Position numbers and translations under genes: made by a program. From a virus (lineage: Duplodnaviria; Caudoviricetes), in IMG/VR virus record IMGVR_UViG_3300035156_000177, positions 1-60,852 of that record: a DNA stretch of 60,852 nt. One strand, 5' to 3'. A model generated the notes under the pieces. That model was given only the letters and a program-made list of their open reading frames with translations, had not been told where the DNA came from and did no database searches. Shown one piece after another: positions 1 through 9,340 of the stretch (within the stretch, counting starts at the first letter, position 1; the number at the start of each line of letters is the position of its first letter).

Positions 1-156
1 ACCGAGCCCGCCGCGTTCGAGGTCGCCGCCGGCGAATGGCGGAGCACCGCCGTTCATCAGCCCGTCGGCAAGTACAGCGTCACATCGAAGCCGGTCAAGC
101 CCCGCACGATCAGCAACGGCAAAACCATCACGGGGGTCCCGAAGCACTGGAAGGCG

Positions 157-414
157 ATGAGCAAAGCGCAGCAGCGCGGCCCCGTGTGCTCGAAGCTGGA
201 CGCCGTCGAAGAGGAGTGGCTCGGTGTCTGGGTCCGCTTCGGTGACGACAACATCGGCCAGGTCTGGTCGATCGCCTACTGGGGCAAGTACAACCGCCAG
301 GTCGCCGTCGCCGTCACCTCGCACTACTCCGGCGCCCCGAATTGGCTTACCACTGTCGACGTCAAGTCGCTCACTGTGATCGCCCCGCGATACGAGACCC
401 CCGACCTGTTCTGA
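157..414 (+). CDS. hypothetical phage protein
   Basis: ORF with high-GC3 codon usage and RBS-like GAAGG upstream. Confidence 0.6.
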   Translation: MSKAQQRGPVCSKLDAVEEEWLGVWVRFGDDNIGQVWSIAYWGKYNRQVAVAVTSHYSGAPNWLTTVDVKSLTVIAPRYETPDLF

Positions 415-481
415 CCCCGACCTCAGCGCCCGACAGGAGCGGGCGTTGAGCAGGCCAGTCAGCCACCACCGAAGGAGAGAC

Positions 482-607
482 ATGTCCCTATGGCATCGGC
501 TCCGCCGCTACCTGATCGAGTTCTGGCTCGGCCCGCTCCACAACCACGAGCAGGACGAACCCTGCGTCGACTGCTGGCAGCGCGCCGGTCGCTACGACAA
601 GAGTTGA
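482..607 (+). CDS. small hypothetical protein (41 aa, H..H and CxxC)
   Basis: GAAGGAGA RBS then ATG at 482; stop TGA 605-607 lies inside TTGACA. Confidence 0.55.
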   Translation: MSLWHRLRRYLIEFWLGPLHNHEQDEPCVDCWQRAGRYDKS

Positions 608-654
608 CAGACCGCGGCGTGTGCCGTAGTGTTTATCTCACCACCTACCAAGGA
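604..654 (+). promoter_or_regulatory. sigma70-type early promoter plus leader/RBS cassette (copy 1)
   Basis: TTGACA 604-609, 17 bp spacer, TAGTGT 627-632; 622-654 is identical to 5820-5852. Confidence 0.85.
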
Positions 655-663
655 AGGCCAGTC

Positions 664-1548
664 ATGGCAACCAAGACCCGCAAGACCTACACCCCCGCCA
701 GCGCCGACGAGAAGAAGGCGGCCGTCGAGGCAGCGCACGCCAAGATCGCCGAGCAGGTCGCCGCGATCACGACGAGCGAGGACTGGAAGAATTGGCTCCG
801 CCAGGCCGCCCGGTTCCACACCTACTCGTTCGGCAACATGCTGCTGATGACGGCCCAGGCCGGGCAGCGCGGCATGGACGAGATCACCCGGGTCGCCGGG
901 TTCCACGCCTGGAAGGACCTCGGCCGCTCGGTCAAGAAGGGCGAGACCGGTCTGCGCATCCTCCGCCCCATCTCTGTGGTGATCAAGCCGGGGGAGAAGG
1001 GCTACGTCGAGGGCCTTAAGAAGTCCCGCCTCGTCGGCTTCGGTCTGACCTCGGTGTTCGACCTCCAGCAGACCGAGGGCGAGCCGCTCGCCGCCCGGCC
1101 CACGTTCACCTACCCCGAGGGCGAGGTGCCCGAGGGCTTCCTCGACCGGCTGTACGCCCTCGCCGACACCTGGGGCTTCCCGATCCGCACCGGGGTCACC
1201 GCCAACGGCGGCCAGGCCGACGGCCACACCGACCCGGTCCGCAAGGAGATCGTGATGAGCCCCCGGCTTGCCGGGAAGGACGCCCGCTACGCCGGGACCG
1301 CGATCCACGAACTCGCCCACTCTCAGCTGCACATGGAAGAGGGCTACGACTACGCAGAGCACCGTGGCACCGCCGAGACCGAGGCGGAGTCGGTGGCCTT
1401 CGTGGTCGGCGAGTACTTCGGGCTCGACATGGGCACCGAGTCGTTCCACTACGTCGCCGGTTGGGGCAAGGATCCCGCCGTCGTCCTCAAGGCCGGCCAG
1501 CGCATCATGACCACCGCCCGCAAGATCATCGACGCCCTGGAGGGCTGA
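664..1548 (+). CDS. ardC: ArdC-like ssDNA-binding antirestriction protein with zincin-like metallopeptidase domain
   Basis: YSFGN.LL, AGF..WK.LGR.VKKGE.G..I and VFD..QT.G motifs, then HELAH and E.EAESVA; start at ATG 664 after AAGGAAGG. Confidence 0.85.
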   Translation: MATKTRKTYTPASADEKKAAVEAAHAKIAEQVAAITTSEDWKNWLRQAARFHTYSFGNMLLMTAQAGQRGMDEITRVAGFHAWKDLGRSVKKGETGLRILRPISVVIKPGEKGYVEGLKKSRLVGFGLTSVFDLQQTEGEPLAARPTFTYPEGEVPEGFLDRLYALADTWGFPIRTGVTANGGQADGHTDPVRKEIVMSPRLAGKDARYAGTAIHELAHSQLHMEEGYDYAEHRGTAETEAESVAFVVGEYFGLDMGTESFHYVAGWGKDPAVVLKAGQRIMTTARKIIDALEG

Positions 1549-1551
1549 CAC

Positions 1552-1848
1552 ATGGAACACATCATCTACAACATCCTCGTGATCGATGACGGCGAGATTC
1601 AGTTCGACCACGACGCCACGACCGAGGAAGGCCGCGAGGTGGCTCTCAAAGGCTGGGTCGTGCAGCGCTTCACCAAGCGTGCGCGCTCCGACATCAGCGA
1701 CTACAACGACCTCGACGAGTGGCTCGGGGTGTGGGGGTACGACGTCAAGCGCCGTGAGATTCACCAGCAGGTCTACACCCTGGCCGAGATCCGCAACGGC
1801 ACTGGCTTCCCCAGGGGTGCCCGGTTCGTGCAGGTGGCAGCGGAATGA
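1552..1848 (+). CDS. hypothetical protein
   Basis: RBS GGAGG; coupled to the next gene (ATGA). Confidence 0.7.
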   Translation: MEHIIYNILVIDDGEIQFDHDATTEEGREVALKGWVVQRFTKRARSDISDYNDLDEWLGVWGYDVKRREIHQQVYTLAEIRNGTGFPRGARFVQVAAE

Positions 1849-2150
1849 ATGACAACGGATACGCCGCCGCGTGCACCGCAGCGGTCACGCAGCAGGGGCT
1901 CGACCCCGTGATCGAGCGGCTTTACCTGGAGACCATCCACTACGAGGTCGAGCAGACCGGCGGGTTCTGCATGGTCGTGATCGTGCCGACCCCTGACGGG
2001 GTCTACGGCATCACCGCCGACACGCTCGACCCCAAGTACCTGCTCTGCTGGTACGAGAACGACGACTGGCAGGAAGGCCGCGGAGAGGCGGCCTTCTGGG
2101 AAGAGCAGACGCTCGACCAGGTCGTCGAGCACCTTCGGAGCGGGACATGA
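1845..2150 (+). CDS. hypothetical protein
   Basis: ATGA overlaps on both sides. Confidence 0.7.
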   Translation: MNDNGYAAACTAAVTQQGLDPVIERLYLETIHYEVEQTGGFCMVVIVPTPDGVYGITADTLDPKYLLCWYENDDWQEGRGEAAFWEEQTLDQVVEHLRSGT

Positions 2151-2464
2151 GCCTGTTCTGCTGCCCCGTAGGGCACGCCGAGAACGCCCCCGAGACCTGG
2201 GAGGTCCGCAAGGCTTACCCGACCGGCCGGACCTGGGCGCTGGTCGCCCCGGCTGACCGGGCCTACCTCGGCCACTTCCTCGGGACGTTTCCCCGCAAGA
2301 TGGACGCCACCATGGCGCTCACCTGCGAGGACTCGTTCTGGCGCAAGCTGTACCGGGAGGAGGCTGCCTGGTACGCCGGCGAGCCGATCCCCGGTTGGCG
2401 GCCCTACGAGCCCCGCCCCTGCAAGACCCATCCCACCCCACAAGAGGAGAACCACCATGCATGA
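2147..2464 (+). CDS. hypothetical protein
   Basis: ATGA overlap; codon usage. Confidence 0.65.
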   Translation: MSLFCCPVGHAENAPETWEVRKAYPTGRTWALVAPADRAYLGHFLGTFPRKMDATMALTCEDSFWRKLYREEAAWYAGEPIPGWRPYEPRPCKTHPTPQEENHHA

Positions 2465-3152
2465 GAACCTGCTGTTCGCCGCGATCCGCGCCCAGCACTC
2501 CGAGCACCTCGGCGCCTGGCGCCTGGAGAGCAACGGCGCCTACGCCCTGCTGATCGCCGACGTGACCACCATCCGGGTCGAGAGGTTCGCCGGTGGCCAG
2601 AGTAGGACCAAGGTCAAGCTCGGAGAGGTCTGGATCGGGGGAGACGAGCCCGGCGGGATCTCGGGCTACCTGAACATCAACCTCGGCGGGGAGGGCGACG
2701 GCAACCCCTTCGACTCCGTGCCCATCACCCACGCCCACCTCAAGACTCGACGGGGCGAGGAGATCCAGAGCAGCGACCCCGATGCCGTCCGGAGCCCCTC
2801 GTTCCTCGGCGATGACCTGATCAACATGATCGGACGCATGGTCCGAGCGAGCGAGCACAAGATCACCCTGACGCGGTTCCACCTCGGGCTGCACGGTGAC
2901 CAGGACGTCTTCTACTTCACCATCGACGGGCGTGAGGGAGCGTTCCACTACGTCGTCGACGGCGAGGTGTTCGACCACCAGGGCATGCCCACCATTCCCC
3001 GATACGCCGACGGCGAGGACGCCACCAACGACCTCCTCAAGCTGACACGGGAATTCTCGGACGCCTACGATGCCCACTGGGGCACCTGGAACCTCGACAC
3101 CATGGTCGAAAGCGCCGCCGGGAACGTCCTGGCACGCGTCAACAACCACTGA
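2457..3152 (+). CDS. hypothetical protein
   Basis: GAGGAG RBS; 231 aa ORF with coding codon bias. Confidence 0.75.
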   Translation: MHENLLFAAIRAQHSEHLGAWRLESNGAYALLIADVTTIRVERFAGGQSRTKVKLGEVWIGGDEPGGISGYLNINLGGEGDGNPFDSVPITHAHLKTRRGEEIQSSDPDAVRSPSFLGDDLINMIGRMVRASEHKITLTRFHLGLHGDQDVFYFTIDGREGAFHYVVDGEVFDHQGMPTIPRYADGEDATNDLLKLTREFSDAYDAHWGTWNLDTMVESAAGNVLARVNNH

Positions 3153-3194
3153 CCCCCTCCCTCCCCCGCACCATCTACCACCTCGGAGTCACCC

Positions 3195-4460
3195 ATGACC
3201 ACGTTCGACTCGACCGACCTGTTCGCCGGTATCGGCGGCTGGGAGGTTCACGACCCCTACGCCAGCATCTCGATCGAGAAGAACCCGGCCGCCGTGAGCA
3301 CGCTGCGCATGGCGGGCGGCGACGTGATCGAGGGCGATGTCCGCAAGTTCGACCGGAGCAGCATCCCCGTCACCCGACGCCTCAAGGCGTCGCCGCCCTG
3401 CCAGTCCTTCTCCCGGGCTGGCAAGGGTGACGGCCGGTCGGAGTTGGACGAGATCGTCGCGGCCGCGAAAGTGATGGGCCGCTACGGCTCCGGCGAGCAC
3501 TTCAACTTCGGCAACGAGAACACCGACCTGGTCCTCGAGCCGCTCCGCTGGGCGCTCATGGCCCTGGAGAACCGCCGCCCCTACGAGAGCATCACGCTGG
3601 AGCAGGTCCCGGCCGTCCTCCCGGTCTGGGAGGCGTACGCCGAGGTCCTCAGGACGCTCGGCTACAGCGTCGCCACGGGGAACCTGAGGGCCGAGCAGTA
3701 CGGCGTCCCCCAGACCCGCGAGCGGGCCATCCTGATCGCCTCCAGGGTCCGCGCGGCGGCTCTGCCCACGCCGACCCACAGCCAGTTCCACAGCCGCACC
3801 CCGAGCCGTCTCGACGCCGGGGTGGCCAAGTGGGTCAGCATGGCCGAGGCCCTCGGCTGGGGCATGACCGAGCGGCCCTACTTCACCGTGGCGGCCGGGA
3901 CCAAGTCCGGCGGGTCGGACCCCGCCATGGTCGGCGGGTCCGGTGCCCGGGCGTCGCTCAAGAAGGAGCGCGACGAGGGCCGGTGGCTGGTCGGCTTCGG
4001 ACGGAAGTACGACGGCGGCTCGGGCGGCCCGGTGACCATCGGCGGGAAGGAGCTCCGCCGCCGTGACTACCGGTCCAGCGACCAGCCGTCGTTCGTGGTG
4101 ACCGAGAAGGCCCGGTCCTGGGTCCGCCACTACGTGGCGACGGACACCATGCCGGACGGCCGGCCGCGGCTGAACAACCAGTCGGGCACGGACTTCGACC
4201 TGTCCTGGCCGCTCGACCGGCCTTCGGCCGTGATCGCCGGTCGTGACCTGGTCACGATGCCCGGTGCCAACGCGAACCGGTTCAACGGCTCGACCAAGTC
4301 CCGCAACGACGGGATCCGGATCACTCAGCAGGAGGGTCTGCTGCTGCAGTCCTTCCCCGAGAACTACCCGCTGCAGGGAACGCGCACCGAGCAGTTCCAG
4401 CAGGTCGGCAACGCGATCCCTCCGCTGCTCGCCGAGCACATTCGTCGCCAGGTGGCTTGA
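3195..4460 (+). CDS. DNA (cytosine-5) methyltransferase
   Basis: motif I DLFAGIGG, catalytic SPPCQSFS, EQV (ENV-like), YGVPQTRER, LQSFP and QVGNAIPP. Confidence 0.92.
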   Translation: MTTFDSTDLFAGIGGWEVHDPYASISIEKNPAAVSTLRMAGGDVIEGDVRKFDRSSIPVTRRLKASPPCQSFSRAGKGDGRSELDEIVAAAKVMGRYGSGEHFNFGNENTDLVLEPLRWALMALENRRPYESITLEQVPAVLPVWEAYAEVLRTLGYSVATGNLRAEQYGVPQTRERAILIASRVRAAALPTPTHSQFHSRTPSRLDAGVAKWVSMAEALGWGMTERPYFTVAAGTKSGGSDPAMVGGSGARASLKKERDEGRWLVGFGRKYDGGSGGPVTIGGKELRRRDYRSSDQPSFVVTEKARSWVRHYVATDTMPDGRPRLNNQSGTDFDLSWPLDRPSAVIAGRDLVTMPGANANRFNGSTKSRNDGIRITQQEGLLLQSFPENYPLQGTRTEQFQQVGNAIPPLLAEHIRRQVA

Positions 4461-4496
4461 CAGCAGGCTCGGTGGTGCCGTAGTGTTCTCTGTATG
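4457..4496 (+). promoter_or_regulatory. early promoter (copy 2), probably driving a leaderless mRNA
   Basis: TTGACA 4457-4462, 18 bp spacer, TGCCG-TAGTGT with -10 at 4481-4486; ATG follows 7 nt later with no RBS. Confidence 0.75.
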
Positions 4497-4691
4497 GACA
4501 CCGCGTGCGACACCGAGACCTGCTTCACCTGCCAGCAGCCCGCGATCGAGGGGCTCAACACCAAGGGCGAGTGCCTCGCCTGCGAGACCGGCGGCACCCT
4601 CGCCCACAACCTCCGCCTCATGGCGGCCGGTGTCACCCGCGACAAGGCCACCGGCCGTTACGCCTCGGTCAGGAAGGGAACTCCGATGTAG
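4494..4691 (+). CDS. small Cys-rich (Zn-finger-like) protein
   Basis: CFTC...CLAC; leaderless start. Confidence 0.6.
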   Translation: MDTACDTETCFTCQQPAIEGLNTKGECLACETGGTLAHNLRLMAAGVTRDKATGRYASVRKGTPM

Positions 4692-4779
4692 GAACACGCC
4701 GAGCTGGGCCGAAGACCGGGCCCCGCGCTAGACAGGCAGACGGCGAATCTCCACCCCTCCCCTCAGAAAGGCACGGCCA

Positions 4780-5085
4780 ATGACCGTCATCCTCCCCCAG
4801 CAAGTCGCCTTCGCCCTGGCCCGCTCCGCCCGAGCGAAGATCAGCAAGACCTACGCGGGCGAGTACACCGTGACCTACCCGTTGCGGAACAAGATCTCGG
4901 ACAAGCGGGTCATCTACTCGGACCACCGGATCGCCCAGGACTGGCAGGACTTCGTCGTCCGGCGCAAGTCGGCCATGATCACCGATCTGGTCTTCCACGC
5001 CGAGATGACGCTCGGCATCACCATCACCAAGACACCTTTGACCGAGGCGCAGCAGCGCGCGGTCGACTCCCTGAAAGAGTGCTGA
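4780..5085 (+). CDS. hypothetical protein
   Basis: GAAAGG RBS; codon bias. Confidence 0.7.
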   Translation: MTVILPQQVAFALARSARAKISKTYAGEYTVTYPLRNKISDKRVIYSDHRIAQDWQDFVVRRKSAMITDLVFHAEMTLGITITKTPLTEAQQRAVDSLKEC

Positions 5086-5086
5086 C

Positions 5087-5434
5087 ATGCGTGACAACGG
5101 CGCCGCGATCACCGCGGCACGGAAGGCCCAGGCGGCTCGTCTCCGGGCCGCCACGGCGAAGCTCCAGGCCCTGGGCGACCAGGAGAGCCACCAGTACCGG
5201 TACAGCGAGTGCCGCTACTGCACCCGCTACCGCCGCGCCTGCGGCCGGATCCACAGCGAGGCCACCCGGGGCGACTGGGGCCGGGACTGGGCCGGCAACG
5301 AGCCGGCGACCCCGCTATCCGACCTCGAGTCGGCCATGCTGAACCGTCCGCAGTTCGAGCACCTGGCCCGCGAGGGCCAGCGCGCGCAGTTCTTCGGTGA
5401 CGACGGCGACGTCCTGGCCGAGGAGCGGTTCTGA
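5087..5434 (+). CDS. hypothetical protein (CxxC..C..H)
   Basis: ORF in a tightly packed operon. Confidence 0.65.
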   Translation: MRDNGAAITAARKAQAARLRAATAKLQALGDQESHQYRYSECRYCTRYRRACGRIHSEATRGDWGRDWAGNEPATPLSDLESAMLNRPQFEHLAREGQRAQFFGDDGDVLAEERF

Positions 5435-5805
5435 TGACCGAGTTCACGCCAGCCAAGCGCGGAGACCTGATCGCCATCCGGACCGAGCGTCACGACTACG
5501 TCGTCGGGAAAGAGACCGAGATGACCATCACGGTCGAGATCGGCGTGGTCACCTCGGTCACCCGCGACGGCGTCGTCAAGGCCGCCGTGGTGCCCTACGG
5601 GCCCGAGAGCAACGGCCAGGTCGACCTCACCCGGCCCAACCACCGACGCAGCATCAGCATCGTCCCTCAGGACAAGATCGACGTCCGAGACGCGCTCGCC
5701 ACCTACCGCCAGCACACCTGGCCGGGACATCGCAGCACGCAGCCCTACGCCTCCCTCGACGAGGCCCGGGCAGCCCTTCGGCCTCATCTTCGCCAGAGGA
5801 GTTGA
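5434..5805 (+). CDS. hypothetical protein
   Basis: TGATG coupling; RBS GAGGAG. Confidence 0.7.
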   Translation: MTEFTPAKRGDLIAIRTERHDYVVGKETEMTITVEIGVVTSVTRDGVVKAAVVPYGPESNGQVDLTRPNHRRSISIVPQDKIDVRDALATYRQHTWPGHRSTQPYASLDEARAALRPHLRQRS

Positions 5806-5852
5806 CACCGCGCCGCAGTTGCCGTAGTGTTTATCTCACCACCTACCAAGGA
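5802..5852 (+). promoter_or_regulatory. early promoter plus leader/RBS cassette (copy 3)
   Basis: TTGACA 5802-5807, 17 bp spacer, TAGTGT 5825-5830; 33 bp identical to copy 1. Confidence 0.85.
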
Positions 5853-5859
5853 GCACGAC

Positions 5860-6186
5860 ATGACCAAGACCCTCGACCTCCGCCCCGGCGACAAGATCTC
5901 CCACAGCGGCCTCATCCGCACCGTCCGGGGCATCCGCCCCGACACCAGCTGGACGATCGGCTGCCCCGGGAAGCAGGTCTACGAGATCCTCCTCAAGTAC
6001 ATCCCCGGCGGGGTGTGGAGTGCCACGGGCACCGTCGACACCGAGTGGACCCTCGAGGAGGGCGAGGACGGCGACCTGTCCTCGTTCACCACCCGCCCCG
6101 CGCCGGCGAAGGTCCCCGACTACGCCGCGCGCGCCGCCGACGACCAGGCCGAGCGCCACTACGACGCCCGGATCGACGTCTACTGA
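5860..6186 (+). CDS. hypothetical protein
   Basis: AAGGAG RBS, ATG at 5860. Confidence 0.7.
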   Translation: MTKTLDLRPGDKISHSGLIRTVRGIRPDTSWTIGCPGKQVYEILLKYIPGGVWSATGTVDTEWTLEEGEDGDLSSFTTRPAPAKVPDYAARAADDQAERHYDARIDVY

Positions 6187-6202
6187 CCCGGAAGGGGTTC
6201 CC

Positions 6203-6484
6203 ATGCCCGACCCGCCCACCTACGACGGCACCGAGCCCTGGCACGGTGCCGACACCGACATCGGCTACACCAACCACAAGTGCCGGTGCCCCAAGTGCAC
6301 CGACACGCACGCCGCCGCGATCGCCCGGTTCCGCGAGGCCGCCAAGGACAAGCCACTGCCGCCGGGGGTCCACCCCGACAGCCTGACCGCCTACCAGTAC
6401 TACGGGTCCCGGACCCCCGGAGCTCTCCAGTCCAACCGCGATCGGGTCAACCGCCAGCGCGCGGCCCGCAAGGTCAACCGCTAG
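6203..6484 (+). CDS. small putative Zn-binding protein (HG...Y...CRCxxC)
   Basis: GAAGGGG RBS; motif recurrent in actinophage small proteins. Confidence 0.65.
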   Translation: MPDPPTYDGTEPWHGADTDIGYTNHKCRCPKCTDTHAAAIARFREAAKDKPLPPGVHPDSLTAYQYYGSRTPGALQSNRDRVNRQRAARKVNR

Positions 6485-6506
6485 CCATTCCTCCCCAAGG
6501 AGTCAC

Positions 6507-6665
6507 ATGTCAGAGAAGCGTCAGTGGGTCCGCGTCCTGGGTCTGGCCCTGATCGGGATCTCCGCCGGCCTCAGAGCCGTCATGGACGAGCTCGACGGCC
6601 GCCCGATCGTCCTGCAGCAAGCACCCCCGTTTCCGCCGCCCGACCCGGCGCGGCGCAACTACTAG
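6507..6665 (+). CDS. small protein with hydrophobic N-terminus
   Basis: AAGGAG RBS; 52 aa ORF not in the ORF track. Confidence 0.5.
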   Translation: MSEKRQWVRVLGLALIGISAGLRAVMDELDGRPIVLQQAPPFPPPDPARRNY

Positions 6666-6681
6666 CCCTGAGAGGCACCCC

Positions 6682-7263
6682 ATGACCGACCAGCCGCAGT
6701 TCTACCAGCCCATCCCCCAAGGCCCACCGCCCCCGCCACCGCCTCCGCCGCCCCCATCCAGCAAGCCGCCGCGGGACGCGAAGCCGAAGCGGAAGTGGTG
6801 GCCGTTGGCTGCGGCCGGAGCGGCTGGTCTGGTCGTGGGCCTGCTGTTCGGCGGCGAGGAGACCCGGACGGTCACCGTGACCGAACCCGTCCCGACGGTC
6901 ACCGTCGGCACCGCTCAGGCCCCGGCACCGGACACCGAAGAGCCCGCACCCGTCGAGCCGCCGCCCGCTACGGTCGGGCCGAAGAACTTCAAGGTCGGGG
7001 TCAAGATCCTCAAGAAGCAGTGCTTCGGCGAGGCCGGGTGCAACGTCACCTACAAGATCAAGCCGGAGTGGGCCGGGCCGGGGGAGTACCCCGGGGGAGA
7101 CGCCGTGGTGACCTACGAGGTCTCCGGGCTCGAGGACGAGGCGATCAGCACCTTCACCGTCGACGACTCCGGGACCGCGCAGTTCGAAGAGGAGTACGGA
7201 TCGACCACGACGTCGACGGTCAAGCTCAAGGCGAAGGTGACGGAGGTCGAGCACACCCCATGA
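6682..7263 (+). CDS. single-pass membrane protein with poly-Pro N-terminus and probable disulfide-bonded extracellular domain
   Basis: poly-Pro run, KRKWW, hydrophobic helix, CFGEAGC. Confidence 0.75.
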   Translation: MTDQPQFYQPIPQGPPPPPPPPPPPSSKPPRDAKPKRKWWPLAAAGAAGLVVGLLFGGEETRTVTVTEPVPTVTVGTAQAPAPDTEEPAPVEPPPATVGPKNFKVGVKILKKQCFGEAGCNVTYKIKPEWAGPGEYPGGDAVVTYEVSGLEDEAISTFTVDDSGTAQFEEEYGSTTTSTVKLKAKVTEVEHTP

Positions 7264-9014
7264 CCATCACCGCTCGCCTGGCCGGGGACGCCATCGACAT
7301 CGGGGTCGGCACCCTGCCGCTCACCCTGGAGGCCTGCCGGTCGCTCCGCAGCCTCTACGGCGACCAGCTGGTTATCGACCCCGACCTCGGCCGGTGGGCG
7401 CTGGAGGCCCGGAGGAACCCCGTGGCCCGGATCGCCCCGGCGATGGCGGCCGCCATGCGGTCGAGGCCGTTCCAGCTCACCGCGGCCCGGGCCGTCGCCG
7501 CGAAGCGCAACATCGGGATTCTCGACGAGGGCGGGCTCGGCAAGACGGTCGAGGCCCTGGCCGGGCTGATGCTCGCCGACAACTGGGAGGGTCGGCACCT
7601 GGTCATCTGCCCCAAGACCGCCGTGCTGTCCACCTGGGCCGCCGAGATCGAGAAGTGGACGGGCGGGCGCACCTGGGCCGCGGTGGACACCACCAAGAAG
7701 AAGCTCCAGGTGGTCGAGGACTTCCTCGCCGCCGACCGGGGCGCCCGGTTCCTGGTCACCAACCCCGAGAGCCTGCGCACCCGGGTCGAGAAGTTCTGCC
7801 CGAAGTGCGGCCGCTGGGTCAACAAGGCGCCCCAGGTCATCCCGCTCGAGCACGTCGGCCAGAACCACCCCACCCCCTACCGGGTCTACGAGCAGCCCGT
7901 CGCCCCGCTGTTCGGCATCGAGTGGGACAGCGTGATCGCCGACGAGGTCGACCAGTACATGCTCGGGCTCCGCCCCCAGACCGGGATCCGCTCGATGACC
8001 CTGGTCACCGAGGGGCTCATCCGGCTGCAGTCGAAGCAGCGGATCGCCATGACCGGCACCCCGTTCCACGGCAAGGAGCACAACATCTTCGGCATCCTGC
8101 ACTGGCTGGAGCCGAAGGAGCACAAGGCGTTCTGGCAGTTCGTCGAGTTCTTCTTCGAGGTCGAGATCAACCAGTTCGGGGACCGCACCATCGGCCGGGT
8201 CCGCCCCGAGCGCGCGGACCGCTTCGGGGCGCTGCTGGACCGCCACACCATCCGCCGGACCCGGGCCGAGGTCCGCGCCGAGCTCCCCGACAACCTCCAC
8301 CACGTCCACTGGGTCGAGCTGGAGGGCGAGCACCGCAAGCAGTACCAGGCCATGGAGGACGACGGGTTCGTCCGGCTCGGGGCTGACGTCCTCCAGGGCG
8401 CCGGCGTGCTCAGCGAGCTCACCCGGCTCAAGCAGATGGCGTTCGGGTCGTTCGACTACCGGGGCCAGACCCTCACCCCGAAGACGTCGCCCAAGTACGA
8501 CCTGCTGGTCGACATGCTGGCCGAGCGGGGCGTGACCATGAAAGGGCCGACGTTCGGTCACATGAAGTACATCGTGGCGTCGCAGTTCACCGACGTCCTG
8601 TCCTGGCTCGAGGCCAAGCTCAACAGCGGCCGCATCCCCACCCTGCGGATCGACGGATCGGTGACGGGCGCCGCCCGGCGAGCCGCGGTCGACGACTTTT
8701 CGTCCGAGGGCGGCGCTAGGGTGCTGCTGCTGAACACCTACGTCGCCCAGAGCATCACCCTGGACGCGTTCTGCGACGAGATGTTCATTCTCGACGAGAC
8801 GTTCGTCGAGGACGACCAGAACCAGCTGCGGTGGCGCATCGATAACCGGGGCGCTCGGGTGGCGGTGCGGGTGTTCCACTACCTCAGGACCAAGGACACG
8901 ATCGATCAGCGGATCGCCGACGACAACCTTGACCAGGCCGCGATGCAGGACCAGCTCCTCGACGGCCGCCGCGGCATCGAGGTCGCCAAACGCCTACTCG
9001 GAAGGGCAGCATGA
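7260..9014 (+). CDS. SNF2-like (SF2) DNA helicase
   Basis: DEGGLGKT, IADEVD, MTGTP, SQF, IDGS motifs; ATGA-coupled start at 7260. Confidence 0.88.
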   Translation: MTITARLAGDAIDIGVGTLPLTLEACRSLRSLYGDQLVIDPDLGRWALEARRNPVARIAPAMAAAMRSRPFQLTAARAVAAKRNIGILDEGGLGKTVEALAGLMLADNWEGRHLVICPKTAVLSTWAAEIEKWTGGRTWAAVDTTKKKLQVVEDFLAADRGARFLVTNPESLRTRVEKFCPKCGRWVNKAPQVIPLEHVGQNHPTPYRVYEQPVAPLFGIEWDSVIADEVDQYMLGLRPQTGIRSMTLVTEGLIRLQSKQRIAMTGTPFHGKEHNIFGILHWLEPKEHKAFWQFVEFFFEVEINQFGDRTIGRVRPERADRFGALLDRHTIRRTRAEVRAELPDNLHHVHWVELEGEHRKQYQAMEDDGFVRLGADVLQGAGVLSELTRLKQMAFGSFDYRGQTLTPKTSPKYDLLVDMLAERGVTMKGPTFGHMKYIVASQFTDVLSWLEAKLNSGRIPTLRIDGSVTGAARRAAVDDFSSEGGARVLLLNTYVAQSITLDAFCDEMFILDETFVEDDQNQLRWRIDNRGARVAVRVFHYLRTKDTIDQRIADDNLDQAAMQDQLLDGRRGIEVAKRLLGRAA

Positions 9015-9340
9015 CCGTCACACGAGGAACCAGTAACAGCGCCGCCCGAGGCTCCAGCTACGCCCGGGCCGCGCGCCGGCGCTACCTGGTCGAGACCTAC
9101 CGGGCCGATGTCGACGTCTGTGTCAACCATCACGTTTCGACTGCGGTCCACGTCGGCTGCAGCGAGACCGAGCCCGCCTGCCGGTGCTACCGGTGCGGTG
9201 ACCTCCTCACCGTCGACACGGTGAGCGTCGACCGGATCATCCCCGGCTGCCAGGGCGGAACCTACCGCCGCAACAACATCCGACCCGCCTGCCTCCGGTG
9301 CAACTCCGAGACCGGCGGCGCCACGAGGAGCAAGAAGTGA
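9011..9340 (+). CDS. HNH endonuclease
   Basis: CYRCG...VDRIIP...GGTY...NIRPACLRCN. Confidence 0.85.
   Translation: MTVTRGTSNSAARGSSYARAARRRYLVETYRADVDVCVNHHVSTAVHVGCSETEPACRCYRCGDLLTVDTVSVDRIIPGCQGGTYRRNNIRPACLRCNSETGGATRSKK

Noticed and set aside
490-663. N-terminal extension of the ArdC ORF from ATG 490
   Set aside because: It overlaps a small ORF and the promoter; the RBS supports ATG 664.
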